Both the position numbers and the translations under genes were made by a program. From the sequence record SRR22947725_4333: a DNA stretch of 51,933 bases. One strand, given 5' to 3'. A model generated the notes under the pieces. The model saw only the letters and a program-made list of their open reading frames with translations, searched no databases and was not told where the DNA came from. Below, in pieces: positions 9,936-19,679 of this stretch. Each line of letters starts with the position of its first letter. Within the stretch, counting starts at the first letter, position 1.

Positions 9936-11639
9936 ATGAGTTCGAGCACTGAGCGAGGCGGGATGGGCGGCGGCCTGGTTCCTGGCAGCTACCCAAGCCC
10001 TGAGGCAATGAGGCCCACCCTCGTGGGTGAATCTTGGTCAGTCGTTGCCGGCCATCCTCAAACAGCTCAGGTGGCGGCAAAGATTTTCGAAGCGGGCGGC
10101 AATGCCGTCGATGCTGGCGTTGCTGCCGGAATAGCCAGCAATGTTGTGCAGGTGGACATGTCCAATTTTGGCGGGATTGCTCCCATTTTGGTTCGCCCCG
10201 CAAATTCCGAGGTTGCCTATTCGGTTGCCGGCATTGGCCGCTGGAGTCGGTCGGCATCTCTTGATCAGCTCCTCGAGCGTTACGGTGGCAATTTGCCGCT
10301 GGAGGGTGCCCCGGCCATAGTTCCAGGGGCTCCCGCGGGTTGGATTCGGGCCCTTCGTGAGTTTGGCACCATGAGCTTCGCAGAGGTGGCGCAGCCCGCA
10401 ATAGAGCTGGCAAAACAGGGGTTCGTAGTAGACCGCCGACTTGCAGAAAGCTTAGAGATCACGGGTAGGCGCTATACGAAGTGGGCATCGTCGGCGGCCA
10501 TTTATCAACCCCACGGACGCCCACTCATGGAGGGGGAACGACTTCGACAAGTTGCTTTGGGTGAGCTGCTGGAAAAGCTAGTGGGGGCAGAGAAAGCTCG
10601 CGGTGGCTCAAGGATTGATGGACTTCAAGCTGCTCATCTTGCCTTTTACTCAAATGAGGTGGCGAAAACAATCGCAGATACTGTTACAAACCGCGGCGGT
10701 TTCATGACAATAGAAGACTTAGCGGAATTCGAGGCAGAGGTTGACAGCGCCCCCCAGATTCGCTTTGGCGAATGGCAGATGTTTGCGACACCATCTTGGT
10801 CCCAGGGACCAGTTGCGCTCGAGTTACTGGGACTCTTTGAGAGATCCGGGCGAACCCTCCACGATCTCGTGGAATCAATCAGTCTTGCTTTCAATGACCG
10901 TGAGGACTTCTTCAGTTCACCAGACACCATGGAGAGGGATATCGCCGAGTTCTTGTCTGATGAATATCTCAGCGTGCTTGCCTCCGCAATCACAAACAAC
11001 GCCGTTGCAGGCAGAGGCCTGGGCATTGGCTCAGAGGATGCATCCAATCTGGGAAGCACCACCTCGGTTGTAACCATGGATGCATCCGGCTGCACTTTTG
11101 CCACTTCACCTTCGGACACCCTGGACGGGGGTCCGATTATTGAAGAACTTGGAATCATCTGCTCGCCTCGAGGGGTACAAACCAGGCTTAACCAGAGGCA
11201 TGCAAATCGAATGCGACCATGGGGCAGGCCAATGGTTACTCCCGCGGCACTAATTGGGATCAACGGTTCAGACTCTTGGGCTCTTGCCTGTCCAGGTGGA
11301 GACGTAATTGTGCAGGCAATTGCTCAGGTGGCCATCAACATGAATTCTGGACTCAGCCCCCAGCAGGCAGTTGAAGCTCCACGGATCGCTGCCTTCAACG
11401 CACCGAGTGCATTTCACCCCCACCCGTCCGCGGATCGGCTCGTGTATGCGGAGTCCCGAATTGAAGAGCAAGAGATACAAAAACTCTTGTCGCAGGGCCA
11501 CAACGTTGAGCTTTGGCCAGACTTCGAATTCGATGCAGGGTCTGTTCAAACCATAGTTTCCAAGACAAACCCCGAGGGCGAACGCTACTTACTCAGCGGC
11601 GCAGATCCCAGACGCAGTGCTTACGCCCAATCTAGGTAG
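9936..11639 (+). CDS. Gamma-glutamyltransferase-family (Ntn) amidohydrolase, cytoplasmic
   Basis: GGNAVDAGVA, VPG, STTSVVTMD (Thr nucleophile), PGG, AVEAPR, GADPRR; no signal peptide. Confidence 0.88.
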   Translation: MSSSTERGGMGGGLVPGSYPSPEAMRPTLVGESWSVVAGHPQTAQVAAKIFEAGGNAVDAGVAAGIASNVVQVDMSNFGGIAPILVRPANSEVAYSVAGIGRWSRSASLDQLLERYGGNLPLEGAPAIVPGAPAGWIRALREFGTMSFAEVAQPAIELAKQGFVVDRRLAESLEITGRRYTKWASSAAIYQPHGRPLMEGERLRQVALGELLEKLVGAEKARGGSRIDGLQAAHLAFYSNEVAKTIADTVTNRGGFMTIEDLAEFEAEVDSAPQIRFGEWQMFATPSWSQGPVALELLGLFERSGRTLHDLVESISLAFNDREDFFSSPDTMERDIAEFLSDEYLSVLASAITNNAVAGRGLGIGSEDASNLGSTTSVVTMDASGCTFATSPSDTLDGGPIIEELGIICSPRGVQTRLNQRHANRMRPWGRPMVTPAALIGINGSDSWALACPGGDVIVQAIAQVAINMNSGLSPQQAVEAPRIAAFNAPSAFHPHPSADRLVYAESRIEEQEIQKLLSQGHNVELWPDFEFDAGSVQTIVSKTNPEGERYLLSGADPRRSAYAQSR

Positions 11640-11646
11640 GAGAAAA

Positions 11647-12807
11647 ATGATTAATTTAGACAGGGTCATCGAAGACACTCAGCAGTTGATTCGCATTGAC
11701 AGCCAAAATCCTGGGGTTCAGGAATCCGGGGCAACTGAGTGGGTGGGAAACCGCCTGAGTGATATGGGCCTTGCACCCAAACTTCAAATTGTTGAGTCAG
11801 GTCGAGAGAACGTAATTGCTGAGATTCCCGGAGACCCCTCCGTCCCAAGACTGGTCCTGCTTGCACACCTGGACACCGTACCTATTGGGGGTGGCTGGAC
11901 CGAGGATCCGCTTGGCGGAGAAATCAAAGGCGGACTCATCTTTGGCCGGGGTGCTTGCGACATGAAAGGCGGGGTAGCGATCTCACTTGGGTTGATGGAG
12001 GCTCTTCAGACTAGAAAAGCTGGCATCGCTGGTGACGTCGTGTTCGTTGGAACCGTGGATGAGGAAGCCCCGGACATGCTTGGGGCCCAGAAGCTGGTGG
12101 CTGAGGGACTTATTCGCCCCGATGATCAGGTATTGGCGATGGAGCCAACCGGCACCAAGCTTCGAATTGCGCAGATGGGGCTTAGGTGGCTAAGGGTAAA
12201 TGTCACCGGACGAATGGCTCACGCCGGCAGAGCTCACCTCGGGATTGACTCCGCTCATGTGATGGCAAGGATTGTTGACCGGCTCAAGACTGAGGTTGCC
12301 CAGCTCGAACACGAGGATGAGATCTTGGGTAGAGCGAGATTCACGTGTGGAACTTTTCATTCTGGAGTCGCTACCAACGTCGTTCCGCCAAGTGCCGAGG
12401 CATACTTCGACATGCGCATCGTGCCGCCCATGCACATAGAGGACGTTATCCCTATGGTCAGCAGCGTCGCAAACAGTGTTATCTCTGAGTTCCCTGGGGC
12501 AAAGTTTGAAGTGAATCCGCTCGGCGCTCCCAGACCCCCAGTTCGTGCGTCCGACGAGTCCAAGATTGTCACTGCACTCAGGGCGTCTTATGAGAGTCAG
12601 ACCGGCAAACAAATGCCTTTTGGGGGCGATGACGGGCATGAGGCCTACACCGATTCCTCAATGGTGGCGGCTCTGACTGGCAGCAAATCATGCACCGTTT
12701 TTGGTCCAGGATCTACCGATAGAGCACATACCGCTGATGAATTTGTTCCGATAGCCGACCTTGAATTGGTTTCGAAGGTAATCTGGCAAATGGCAGACAA
12801 CTGGTAA
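11647..12807 (+). CDS. M20 family metallo-amidohydrolase (ArgE/DapE-like)
   Basis: AHLDTVP, GRGACDMKGG, VDEE, MEPT, AHTADE; RBS AGGAG before the ATG at 11647. Confidence 0.9.
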   Translation: MINLDRVIEDTQQLIRIDSQNPGVQESGATEWVGNRLSDMGLAPKLQIVESGRENVIAEIPGDPSVPRLVLLAHLDTVPIGGGWTEDPLGGEIKGGLIFGRGACDMKGGVAISLGLMEALQTRKAGIAGDVVFVGTVDEEAPDMLGAQKLVAEGLIRPDDQVLAMEPTGTKLRIAQMGLRWLRVNVTGRMAHAGRAHLGIDSAHVMARIVDRLKTEVAQLEHEDEILGRARFTCGTFHSGVATNVVPPSAEAYFDMRIVPPMHIEDVIPMVSSVANSVISEFPGAKFEVNPLGAPRPPVRASDESKIVTALRASYESQTGKQMPFGGDDGHEAYTDSSMVAALTGSKSCTVFGPGSTDRAHTADEFVPIADLELVSKVIWQMADNW

Positions 12808-12832
12808 TACCTATCAAACCAAAGGGGAAGTA

Positions 12833-13567
12833 ATGATTATTGATGCCTACAACAACGTCTGGCAGGCGGGTGGAACATCGGATTACCTAACTGCAGAGTC
12901 CTACACCCCTGAGGACATGATGCGCATAATGGACCAAGCAGGGGTAGACATGGCGGTCGGTTGCTCGCTGGGTCAGATGGTGGACAACACCTTTATTGCC
13001 GAGACCATGAGGAAGTACCCAGATCGAATAATTGGGTTCGGTCAGGTCAACCCACGTTTTCCCGATGCGACCGAGAAGATTCGTGAGTGTGCCCAGGACC
13101 TGGGACTGAAGGGCCTCAAGCTGCACCCAACTATGCATGGCTACCACTTCGCAGATCACGGCCTGCTAGATCCAATCTTTCAGGCCGCGGATGATCACAG
13201 CCTTGTTGTTCTTGTAAACGCACTCGATGATCCATTCTGTGCCCCGCTATCGATCGAGGAGATTTCGCGAAACTTTCCCAACACACCTGTTCTAATCGCT
13301 CACATGGGCACCGTCTGGAATCTCAACGAGGCCATCCTTGTCGCGCAGCGAAACCCCAACATCTACTTAGAGACCTCTGGTTCACAGTTGATTGATGTAA
13401 AGCTCTCGTATCGCGCAGTCGGCGCGGGGCAACTCGTCATGGGTACCGATTGGCCCGGCAATGACTTCGATCTTGAGCGGGCCAAGATTGCTAGGGCCAT
13501 CCCCTCCCCAGATGACAGAGAGCTAGTCGAGGGAAAGAACCTCGCGAGACTTCTCGGGATTGGATAG
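12833..13567 (+). CDS. Amidohydrolase_2 family protein with atypical metal ligands
   Basis: IIDA, GLKLHP, IAHMG, NIYLETS, GTDWP. Confidence 0.85.
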   Translation: MIIDAYNNVWQAGGTSDYLTAESYTPEDMMRIMDQAGVDMAVGCSLGQMVDNTFIAETMRKYPDRIIGFGQVNPRFPDATEKIRECAQDLGLKGLKLHPTMHGYHFADHGLLDPIFQAADDHSLVVLVNALDDPFCAPLSIEEISRNFPNTPVLIAHMGTVWNLNEAILVAQRNPNIYLETSGSQLIDVKLSYRAVGAGQLVMGTDWPGNDFDLERAKIARAIPSPDDRELVEGKNLARLLGIG

Positions 13568-13572
13568 AGCTC

Positions 13573-14718
13573 ATGGTTGTCTTTGAAACTTCCGGCTTCA
13601 TAGACTCCCACTCTCACCTGCGCGCCAGCTCGCTTTCCAGTCAGGGAATCGGCCAATGTGAAAACCTTGAAGAGGCTCTAATTCGGTTTTCTGCCATGAC
13701 CGCGGTGGACCCCTATGACGAAGCCTTAGTTGCCTGCAGCGAACTGATCCTTGGTGGAGTCACCGGAGTTCAATTCATGTTTCATGTTTTTGGGGACAAA
13801 GAGCAATATCAGCGCCAGTTGGCTGAAGTATTGCGCGGTGTTTACGACTCTGGCATCAGAGCTCTGGCGATTCTCGGGGTAACTGATCAAGCAGAGTATT
13901 TGCCGACGAGTTTCTCTGGACAAAGCCCATTGCCTAAATGGACCGAGCCCGCCCGCGGGCTGAGCGGGACAGAACTGGGTGAGATCTACGAGTGGGCAAA
14001 ATCTCACTACCCAAGCCTGGAGTTTGGAATTGGTCCAGTTGGACCGCAGTGGTGCTCAGACGGTCTTATGGAAGAACTCGGCGAACTTGCGGCTGAGGGG
14101 ATGAGAATTCATAGCCACCTTTTAGAAAGTCCCAGACAGAGAAAATGGGAAAGCGAGAATCCCCTCGACCGTCTTGACAGATTCGGACTTTTAGGACCCA
14201 GGACATCACTTGCACATTGCGTTTGGTGCAACGACCAGGAGCTAAATACTCTTGCGGAAAAGGGAGCTCAATCTGTCACCTGCCCAGGATCAAACAGGAT
14301 TCTCGGAGCTGGAAAAGCAAATATTGAAGCCTGGAGTGAATCGGGGGTGCAGTTTGGGTTTGGACTCGATAGCTCAGCAGAGGAAATACTCCCTATTGAA
14401 ATTGCAGAGCTCGCAATGGACCGAGACTCTGCTCTGGAGGCACTGACATCTGGAGGCCGCTCCTGCACTGATCTTGAAACTCACCTCGACACTGTTAGAT
14501 GGGCAGATGAAGAGCTAACCCGTTGCTTGGAAGTGTGGATCGACGGAAAAGAAATGGTCTCGGAGGGCGCCCTAAAGGATGCCGAAAAATACCAAGCTGC
14601 CAAGGAGCGAATCTCGCACACCTTGTTCGAAGACCAAGCCAACAGGGAGGGCCGCATAGCAGAGCTGGATCGGGCCATGCCCAATTACCAACGAGAGTTG
14701 GACTCATGTCTGGGCTAA
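13573..14718 (+). CDS. Metal-dependent amidohydrolase/deaminase family protein
   Basis: GFIDSHSHL, IHSHLLES, AHCVW, CPGSN, GLDS. Confidence 0.82.
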   Translation: MVVFETSGFIDSHSHLRASSLSSQGIGQCENLEEALIRFSAMTAVDPYDEALVACSELILGGVTGVQFMFHVFGDKEQYQRQLAEVLRGVYDSGIRALAILGVTDQAEYLPTSFSGQSPLPKWTEPARGLSGTELGEIYEWAKSHYPSLEFGIGPVGPQWCSDGLMEELGELAAEGMRIHSHLLESPRQRKWESENPLDRLDRFGLLGPRTSLAHCVWCNDQELNTLAEKGAQSVTCPGSNRILGAGKANIEAWSESGVQFGFGLDSSAEEILPIEIAELAMDRDSALEALTSGGRSCTDLETHLDTVRWADEELTRCLEVWIDGKEMVSEGALKDAEKYQAAKERISHTLFEDQANREGRIAELDRAMPNYQRELDSCLG

Positions 14719-15638
14719 TCGCAGAACTCAAGATTGACGCTAGGGCGAGACTTGGGGAGGGCTTGCAGTTGTTCCCGGATGGCTCCATGTGGTGGGTGGA
14801 CATTCCCGCCGGCAGAATTCACAGAATTCGTGATGGCAGGAGCGAGCTCGTGTTAAAGGTAAGAGGAGAGGTATCAAAGGTACTCCCATGGGATCAGGGC
14901 TTCTTGGTTTTTGGGAGGGAGCAGATAGTTGGGTACGAACCAAGCGGTGAGGAATTGCTTTCTTTTCAAATCAACAGCCCGGAGAGTAACTTGCGTTGCT
15001 CCGATGCCACAGTGCTGCCTGATGGATCTGTTGTGTTTGGAACCATCCACCGAGAACTTGCAGATGCCAGCGGCTCGCTAATGTGCCTAAGCCCCGAGTG
15101 GAAACTATCTGTCATTGAACGGGGACTGGAAATACCCAACGGCCTAGGAGTGCTACCAGACGATAGCGGCACCCTTTTCGTTGATTCAACTTCACAGACA
15201 GTGTTCCAATACTCGCTCGCGGACTCTGAGCTGGCACCGCTGACCAACAAAAGGGTTTTCGGAGAAATCGATTCCGACCTTGGAGTTCCCGACGGGCTTG
15301 CCATGGACTCTGAGGGGTGCTGCTGGATTGCTCTTTGGGGAGGGGGCAAGGTCATCCGGTTGAATCCAAGTGGAGAGATAGATTGCCAGATTGAGATTCC
15401 AACCCCCAATCCCACCTCTTGCGCATTTGATAGTGAGCACAACCTCTGGATCACCTCGGCCACTGAGACTCTGCTTCACACAGACTTCAATTCGAGTGGT
15501 GCTGGCGGTGTTTGGATGGTACCAGCGATGATTCATGGGGCTCGGGGGTTGACTCCGCATATTGCGAAGCTCAAGATTGATGCAAATTTGATTTCCCATG
15601 CGACATCACCGCTACACCCTTCATCGACGAGGACCTAG
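14706..15638 (+). CDS. SMP-30/gluconolactonase family protein
   Basis: LGEG, WWVDI, IPNGLG, VPDGLAMDSEG, PTSCAF; start at the ATG at 14706. Confidence 0.88.
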   Translation: MSGLIAELKIDARARLGEGLQLFPDGSMWWVDIPAGRIHRIRDGRSELVLKVRGEVSKVLPWDQGFLVFGREQIVGYEPSGEELLSFQINSPESNLRCSDATVLPDGSVVFGTIHRELADASGSLMCLSPEWKLSVIERGLEIPNGLGVLPDDSGTLFVDSTSQTVFQYSLADSELAPLTNKRVFGEIDSDLGVPDGLAMDSEGCCWIALWGGGKVIRLNPSGEIDCQIEIPTPNPTSCAFDSEHNLWITSATETLLHTDFNSSGAGGVWMVPAMIHGARGLTPHIAKLKIDANLISHATSPLHPSSTRT

Positions 15639-15648
15639 GAGACAAACT

Positions 15649-17073
15649 ATGAAAAGAGATCGCGAGGAGCTGATTCAATGGCTTCGTAATTCAAAGCCCG
15701 AAACAGTTGTCGGCGAGATTGCAAAGAAGCTAGAGGACGGCGTCTCTACCGATGAGCTGTGGGCAATAGGAGCACTCACGGCTTCGAGGTATGTGAGCAA
15801 CCAAGCCCGCAATCTACTGGGTTTTGTATCCCACGCAATGATTGGCTGTGAGGATGCCAGAGCTGCTGCCGACCAGCAACCCGAAAGCATCCAAAGGTTG
15901 ATGCTAATTCAAGCGCTCTCTCAAGTTGTCATGGACCTTCAGGATCCTTGCTTTGCACCTTATGAACTAAGCGATGTTTGGGGAATCGAGGAGGCCACTG
16001 TCGATCAATCAATCGCACTTCTCAGGTCCGACGTCAGATTTGGGGAGTGGCTCAGGGCAGACCACCGGCTGGTAGGGCTCGAGAGAACAATCCCAAGGGC
16101 CGAGCTTATTGACCTAATTCTGGACATCGGCCTGGAGGGCATCGTGACCGATGACCACACGCTAATTACTCCAGCACTGTCTCTAGATATGATGAAGTTA
16201 ACTGGGTGGGAGGACGGCTTCGCAATGTTGCGCGGCACCATTCGCTACTCCTGCACCTTCCCGAGAAACTTCGGCCCCTACGATCTCGCTAGCAGCTTGG
16301 TCGATGAATTTGAGCTTGCCGAAAGTCTTACTCAGGGGGCTGAGGACCCAATATTGGCTGAGCAGCTCAGGGTTTCCATTCTTGAGGCCAAACCGGCTGA
16401 CCGACCTCGACTAGTGGCTTCCTCGCTCGCATCAGGTATTAGCGCGGAAACCATGATGTCAGCCCTGTCTCTTGCTGCCTGCGACATGTATCTGCAGGTA
16501 GAACCTGTCCCACACGATGACTATGACGCGGTGAGTCGAGAGGTTGCCCCAATTCACATCGGAACAACGCTCAACATACTTAGGGCGTCTCTGAGCAGAA
16601 TGTTTCGAGGCACCGCCGCCAGAGCAGTTGTGATGGGCGGTTGTTTGTTGGAGCGGGGTCCAAGCATTCTCAATGAGGACTTTGAGTTCATTGCTTTCGA
16701 CCCTGGACCCGCATACCCCCGGGCTGAGGATGTTCAAGCGGCAAGATCCAAGGGCACTTACGAACTACTGGAGGAGCTAGAAAAATCGCTCTATTCCCAC
16801 GATGTGGCCCTCGCTACCGCCTCGGTGAAGGCATACGAGCTTGCAAGTGGAGACCCAGAGGAGCTAATAACTCTCTTGGTGAGAGTGGCCTGCACGGACG
16901 ACGGAACCCTTATGCACAACGTCAAGCATCTCCACTCTTGCCTGGGAGAGTTCAGGGCCTCAAGTAATCCAGATCGATGGAACTTTCTCATTTCCGCTGT
17001 GAAATGGGTTTCTTGGTATGCAGGTAAAAACACCAAGACCTATGAGCGGGCAGTTGGCCTGATTTCCGCCTGA
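15649..17073 (+). CDS. Hypothetical helical protein with four His-centred sub-repeats
   Basis: Long ORF with RBS AGGAG, last gene of the operon; family not recognised. Confidence 0.75.
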   Translation: MKRDREELIQWLRNSKPETVVGEIAKKLEDGVSTDELWAIGALTASRYVSNQARNLLGFVSHAMIGCEDARAAADQQPESIQRLMLIQALSQVVMDLQDPCFAPYELSDVWGIEEATVDQSIALLRSDVRFGEWLRADHRLVGLERTIPRAELIDLILDIGLEGIVTDDHTLITPALSLDMMKLTGWEDGFAMLRGTIRYSCTFPRNFGPYDLASSLVDEFELAESLTQGAEDPILAEQLRVSILEAKPADRPRLVASSLASGISAETMMSALSLAACDMYLQVEPVPHDDYDAVSREVAPIHIGTTLNILRASLSRMFRGTAARAVVMGGCLLERGPSILNEDFEFIAFDPGPAYPRAEDVQAARSKGTYELLEELEKSLYSHDVALATASVKAYELASGDPEELITLLVRVACTDDGTLMHNVKHLHSCLGEFRASSNPDRWNFLISAVKWVSWYAGKNTKTYERAVGLISA

Positions 17074-17149
17074 TAACTGATAACCGACAGGAAATCTCAA
17101 TAACAAATTGGTCACATGCACCACTTGAGTTGAAGTTTTGTGTACGCTT

Positions 17150-17171
17150 TGGTACAACTGGTCAAACCAGT
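17150..17171. promoter_or_regulatory. Putative FadR/GntR operator upstream of the ABC operon
   Basis: Perfect palindrome ACTGGT-CAA-ACCAGT preceded by an extra TGGT half-site. Confidence 0.65.
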
Positions 17172-17253
17172 ATTGGCGATTGTCGCAACTGCGGCAATTA
17201 ACGACAGTGTGCGGTGCTTTGCAAAAGGCCCGCAGAAACAAGGAGAGGACTGA

Positions 17254-18669
17254 TTGCCAAACGTGAAAGAAACAAAGAAGTTACGTCGCACTTGGCGCTT
17301 AGCGGGCTTGACAGCTATGTCGGCCATCACCGCTCTAGTAGCGGCTGGCTGTGCTCCGGGCGGAACCACAACTGAAACAGCAGCACCTACCGCTAGTCAG
17401 AACAACTCTTCTGAGACCTCGGAGACTTCGGGGATCAGCAAAGAGGTTCCGACTGACGTCGACATCACTCTTACCCTCGCAACTTGGGAAGTTGGTGGTC
17501 TCTTTGACTCGATTCAGTCAATTGTTGACGCTTACGAGGCAAAGTATCCAAACGTAACAATCGAGATTGCCACCTCATCGTTTAACGACTACGGGCAGAA
17601 CATCAAGCTTCAGATGTCTGGCGATGACGCTCCTGACATTGTTCAGGCGGGTCAGGCCTTCACCATGATGGGACCCCTGGTAGAGGCCGGCCTAATGCGA
17701 CCTCTCGATGACTACGCAGAGCTTTACGGCTGGGCAGACCGTTTCGGCCCAGGACTGCTTGACCAGGCTCGCTTTGAGCCAGACGGATCCAAGTTTGGAA
17801 CTGGCAACCTCTACGGCCTTGCCAAAGGTGGCAACATGGTTGGTATCTTCTACAACCGTGCGATCCTTGAAGAGCTGGGCATCTCCGCACCATTCGCAAG
17901 CTTGGCGGACTTCCAGGCTGCTCTGGATGCTGCCGAGGCCGCAGGCTACACCGCTATGGCGCTTGGAAATGCTGACCAGTGGCCAGCAAACCACACGCTT
18001 TCAGTTCTCATGTCACAGACCTGTGACAACGCAGAGATGCTGGGTTGGATCTATGGAAACGACGGTTCGGACTTCACCGCGCCTTGCTTCCTTGAGGCAT
18101 CCCAGATCATGGAGGACTGGGCAGACAGCGGTCTGATTGACAAGAACGCTAACAGCCTCAGCTTCGATGACGGCATTAACCGCTTCGCAGAGGGCAACAG
18201 TGCATTCTTCGTTACCGGTAACTGGGCTCTTCCAACCATGGCGGACAAGATGGGTGACAACGTAGGTTTCACCGGCTTCCCACCTAAGAATGCAGGTGGT
18301 CCTGCTAGGGCTACCGGTGCTACCACCTCACCATTCGGTATTGGAGCGAACACGGAGTGGCCAGATGTCGCGGCCAACTTCATTGACTTCATGACTGGAC
18401 CGGAGACCTATGAGCTCCGTGCCAATGGAGGCTACGCTCCGCTGCTAACCGATGTTGCCATTGCAGACTCGACTCAGCTAATCAACGAGTACAACGCGCA
18501 GTGGCAGTCAGTCATTGCGGACGATGGTCTAACCCTCTTCCTTGACTGGTCGACTGTTGGAATGGGTGCAGTGATGTTCCCTGGAATCCAGGAGCTCATC
18601 GCTGACCAGGTTGGATCCGCTGAGCTAAACGAGCGAATCCAAGCGGAATGGGAGTCCGGACGAAGCTAG
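17254..18669 (+). CDS. Carbohydrate ABC transporter substrate-binding lipoprotein
   Basis: Lipobox AAGC, T/S-rich linker, APDIV, FYNR. Confidence 0.92.
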   Translation: MPNVKETKKLRRTWRLAGLTAMSAITALVAAGCAPGGTTTETAAPTASQNNSSETSETSGISKEVPTDVDITLTLATWEVGGLFDSIQSIVDAYEAKYPNVTIEIATSSFNDYGQNIKLQMSGDDAPDIVQAGQAFTMMGPLVEAGLMRPLDDYAELYGWADRFGPGLLDQARFEPDGSKFGTGNLYGLAKGGNMVGIFYNRAILEELGISAPFASLADFQAALDAAEAAGYTAMALGNADQWPANHTLSVLMSQTCDNAEMLGWIYGNDGSDFTAPCFLEASQIMEDWADSGLIDKNANSLSFDDGINRFAEGNSAFFVTGNWALPTMADKMGDNVGFTGFPPKNAGGPARATGATTSPFGIGANTEWPDVAANFIDFMTGPETYELRANGGYAPLLTDVAIADSTQLINEYNAQWQSVIADDGLTLFLDWSTVGMGAVMFPGIQELIADQVGSAELNERIQAEWESGRS

Positions 18670-18684
18670 TCCAGACAACCTGAG

Positions 18685-18730
18685 CTGAAGTGAGCCCAGT
18701 CTTGCCTCGCGAGACTGGGCTCACCTTCAG
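18685..18730 (+). other. Intercistronic stem-loop after the binding-protein gene
   Basis: 13-bp perfect stem GTGAGCCCAGTCT...AGACTGGGCTCAC, extended by CTGAAG/CTTCAG; no U-tract, so probably an mRNA-stabilising hairpin. Confidence 0.7.
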
Positions 18731-18749
18731 AGCAGAAACGTAAGCAAAG

Positions 18750-19679
18750 ATGGAGACGATGGCGTTGACAAGGACCAAGGATCGCCCGCGTAAGAGGCTG
18801 CGGTGGCGACCTGAGTATGTTGGTTACTTTTACCTGCTTCCTGCAGCTCTTTTCTTCGTCACATTCATGCTCTTGCCACTTATTCAAACCTTCAATCTTT
18901 CCCTCTGGGATTGGACCGGAATCAAAGGTGCACCTGCCGAGTTCGTCGGTTTCGACAACTATGCAGAAGTGCTCACAAATCCGGACACACTGAGCGCCCT
19001 AAGTCACTCTGCAGTCTTTCTGATGACCTTCTGCCTTATACCGGTGACTCTCGGTGTCACCTTCGCAGCCTTGTTCACGAGACAAAAAATAACGGGGCTC
19101 GTATTTTTTAGAACCGTTGTCTTCCTGCCCCAGGTCATTGCCAGCGTTGTTATCGGTGTCACATGGCGCTGGGTCTACCAAGACCGCGGAAGCCTTAATC
19201 AATTCCTAGCAATCATCGGGATCGAGAGCGAGCGAGGCTGGCTCGGAGACTTTGACTGGGCCTTGCCAGCAGTTGGACTCATCGGAAGCTGGGTAATGAC
19301 CGGGCTCTGCATGGTTCTTTTCTTATCAGGTGTGGGAAGAATCGACTCTGATCTATATGACTCGGTGAAGGTCGATGGAGGAGGTGCCTTTAGAGAGTTT
19401 TTCTCAGTGACTCTGCCTGGCTTGAGACCCGAGTTCACCGTAGCCACCACCATCACCATCATCGCGGCATTGAGAACATTTGACCTTGTTTTCGTTACCA
19501 CCAGAGGAGGTCCGGGCAAGGAAACCATTGTTCCCGGTACTGAAATCTACCGACTTGCCTTCCGAGAGGGTGAGGTTGGTGAAGCCGCAACAATGGCAGT
19601 TCTGCTCGCTGTATTGGTCTTTACCCTGGTCAGGACATTCCAGTGGGTATTGAGGGATAGGGACGGAATTTCAAGATGA
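18750..19679 (+). CDS. Carbohydrate ABC transporter permease
   Basis: FVGFDNY, EAA-like DSVKVDGG, FDLVFVTTRGGP. Confidence 0.93.
   Translation: METMALTRTKDRPRKRLRWRPEYVGYFYLLPAALFFVTFMLLPLIQTFNLSLWDWTGIKGAPAEFVGFDNYAEVLTNPDTLSALSHSAVFLMTFCLIPVTLGVTFAALFTRQKITGLVFFRTVVFLPQVIASVVIGVTWRWVYQDRGSLNQFLAIIGIESERGWLGDFDWALPAVGLIGSWVMTGLCMVLFLSGVGRIDSDLYDSVKVDGGGAFREFFSVTLPGLRPEFTVATTITIIAALRTFDLVFVTTRGGPGKETIVPGTEIYRLAFREGEVGEAATMAVLLAVLVFTLVRTFQWVLRDRDGISR

Noticed and set aside
14523-14705. N-terminal extensions in the ORF track (also at 34248-35687, 37430, 40274, 28243, 29861)
   Set aside because: They overlap neighbouring genes or promoters; downstream starts have a better RBS, -10 or coupling.
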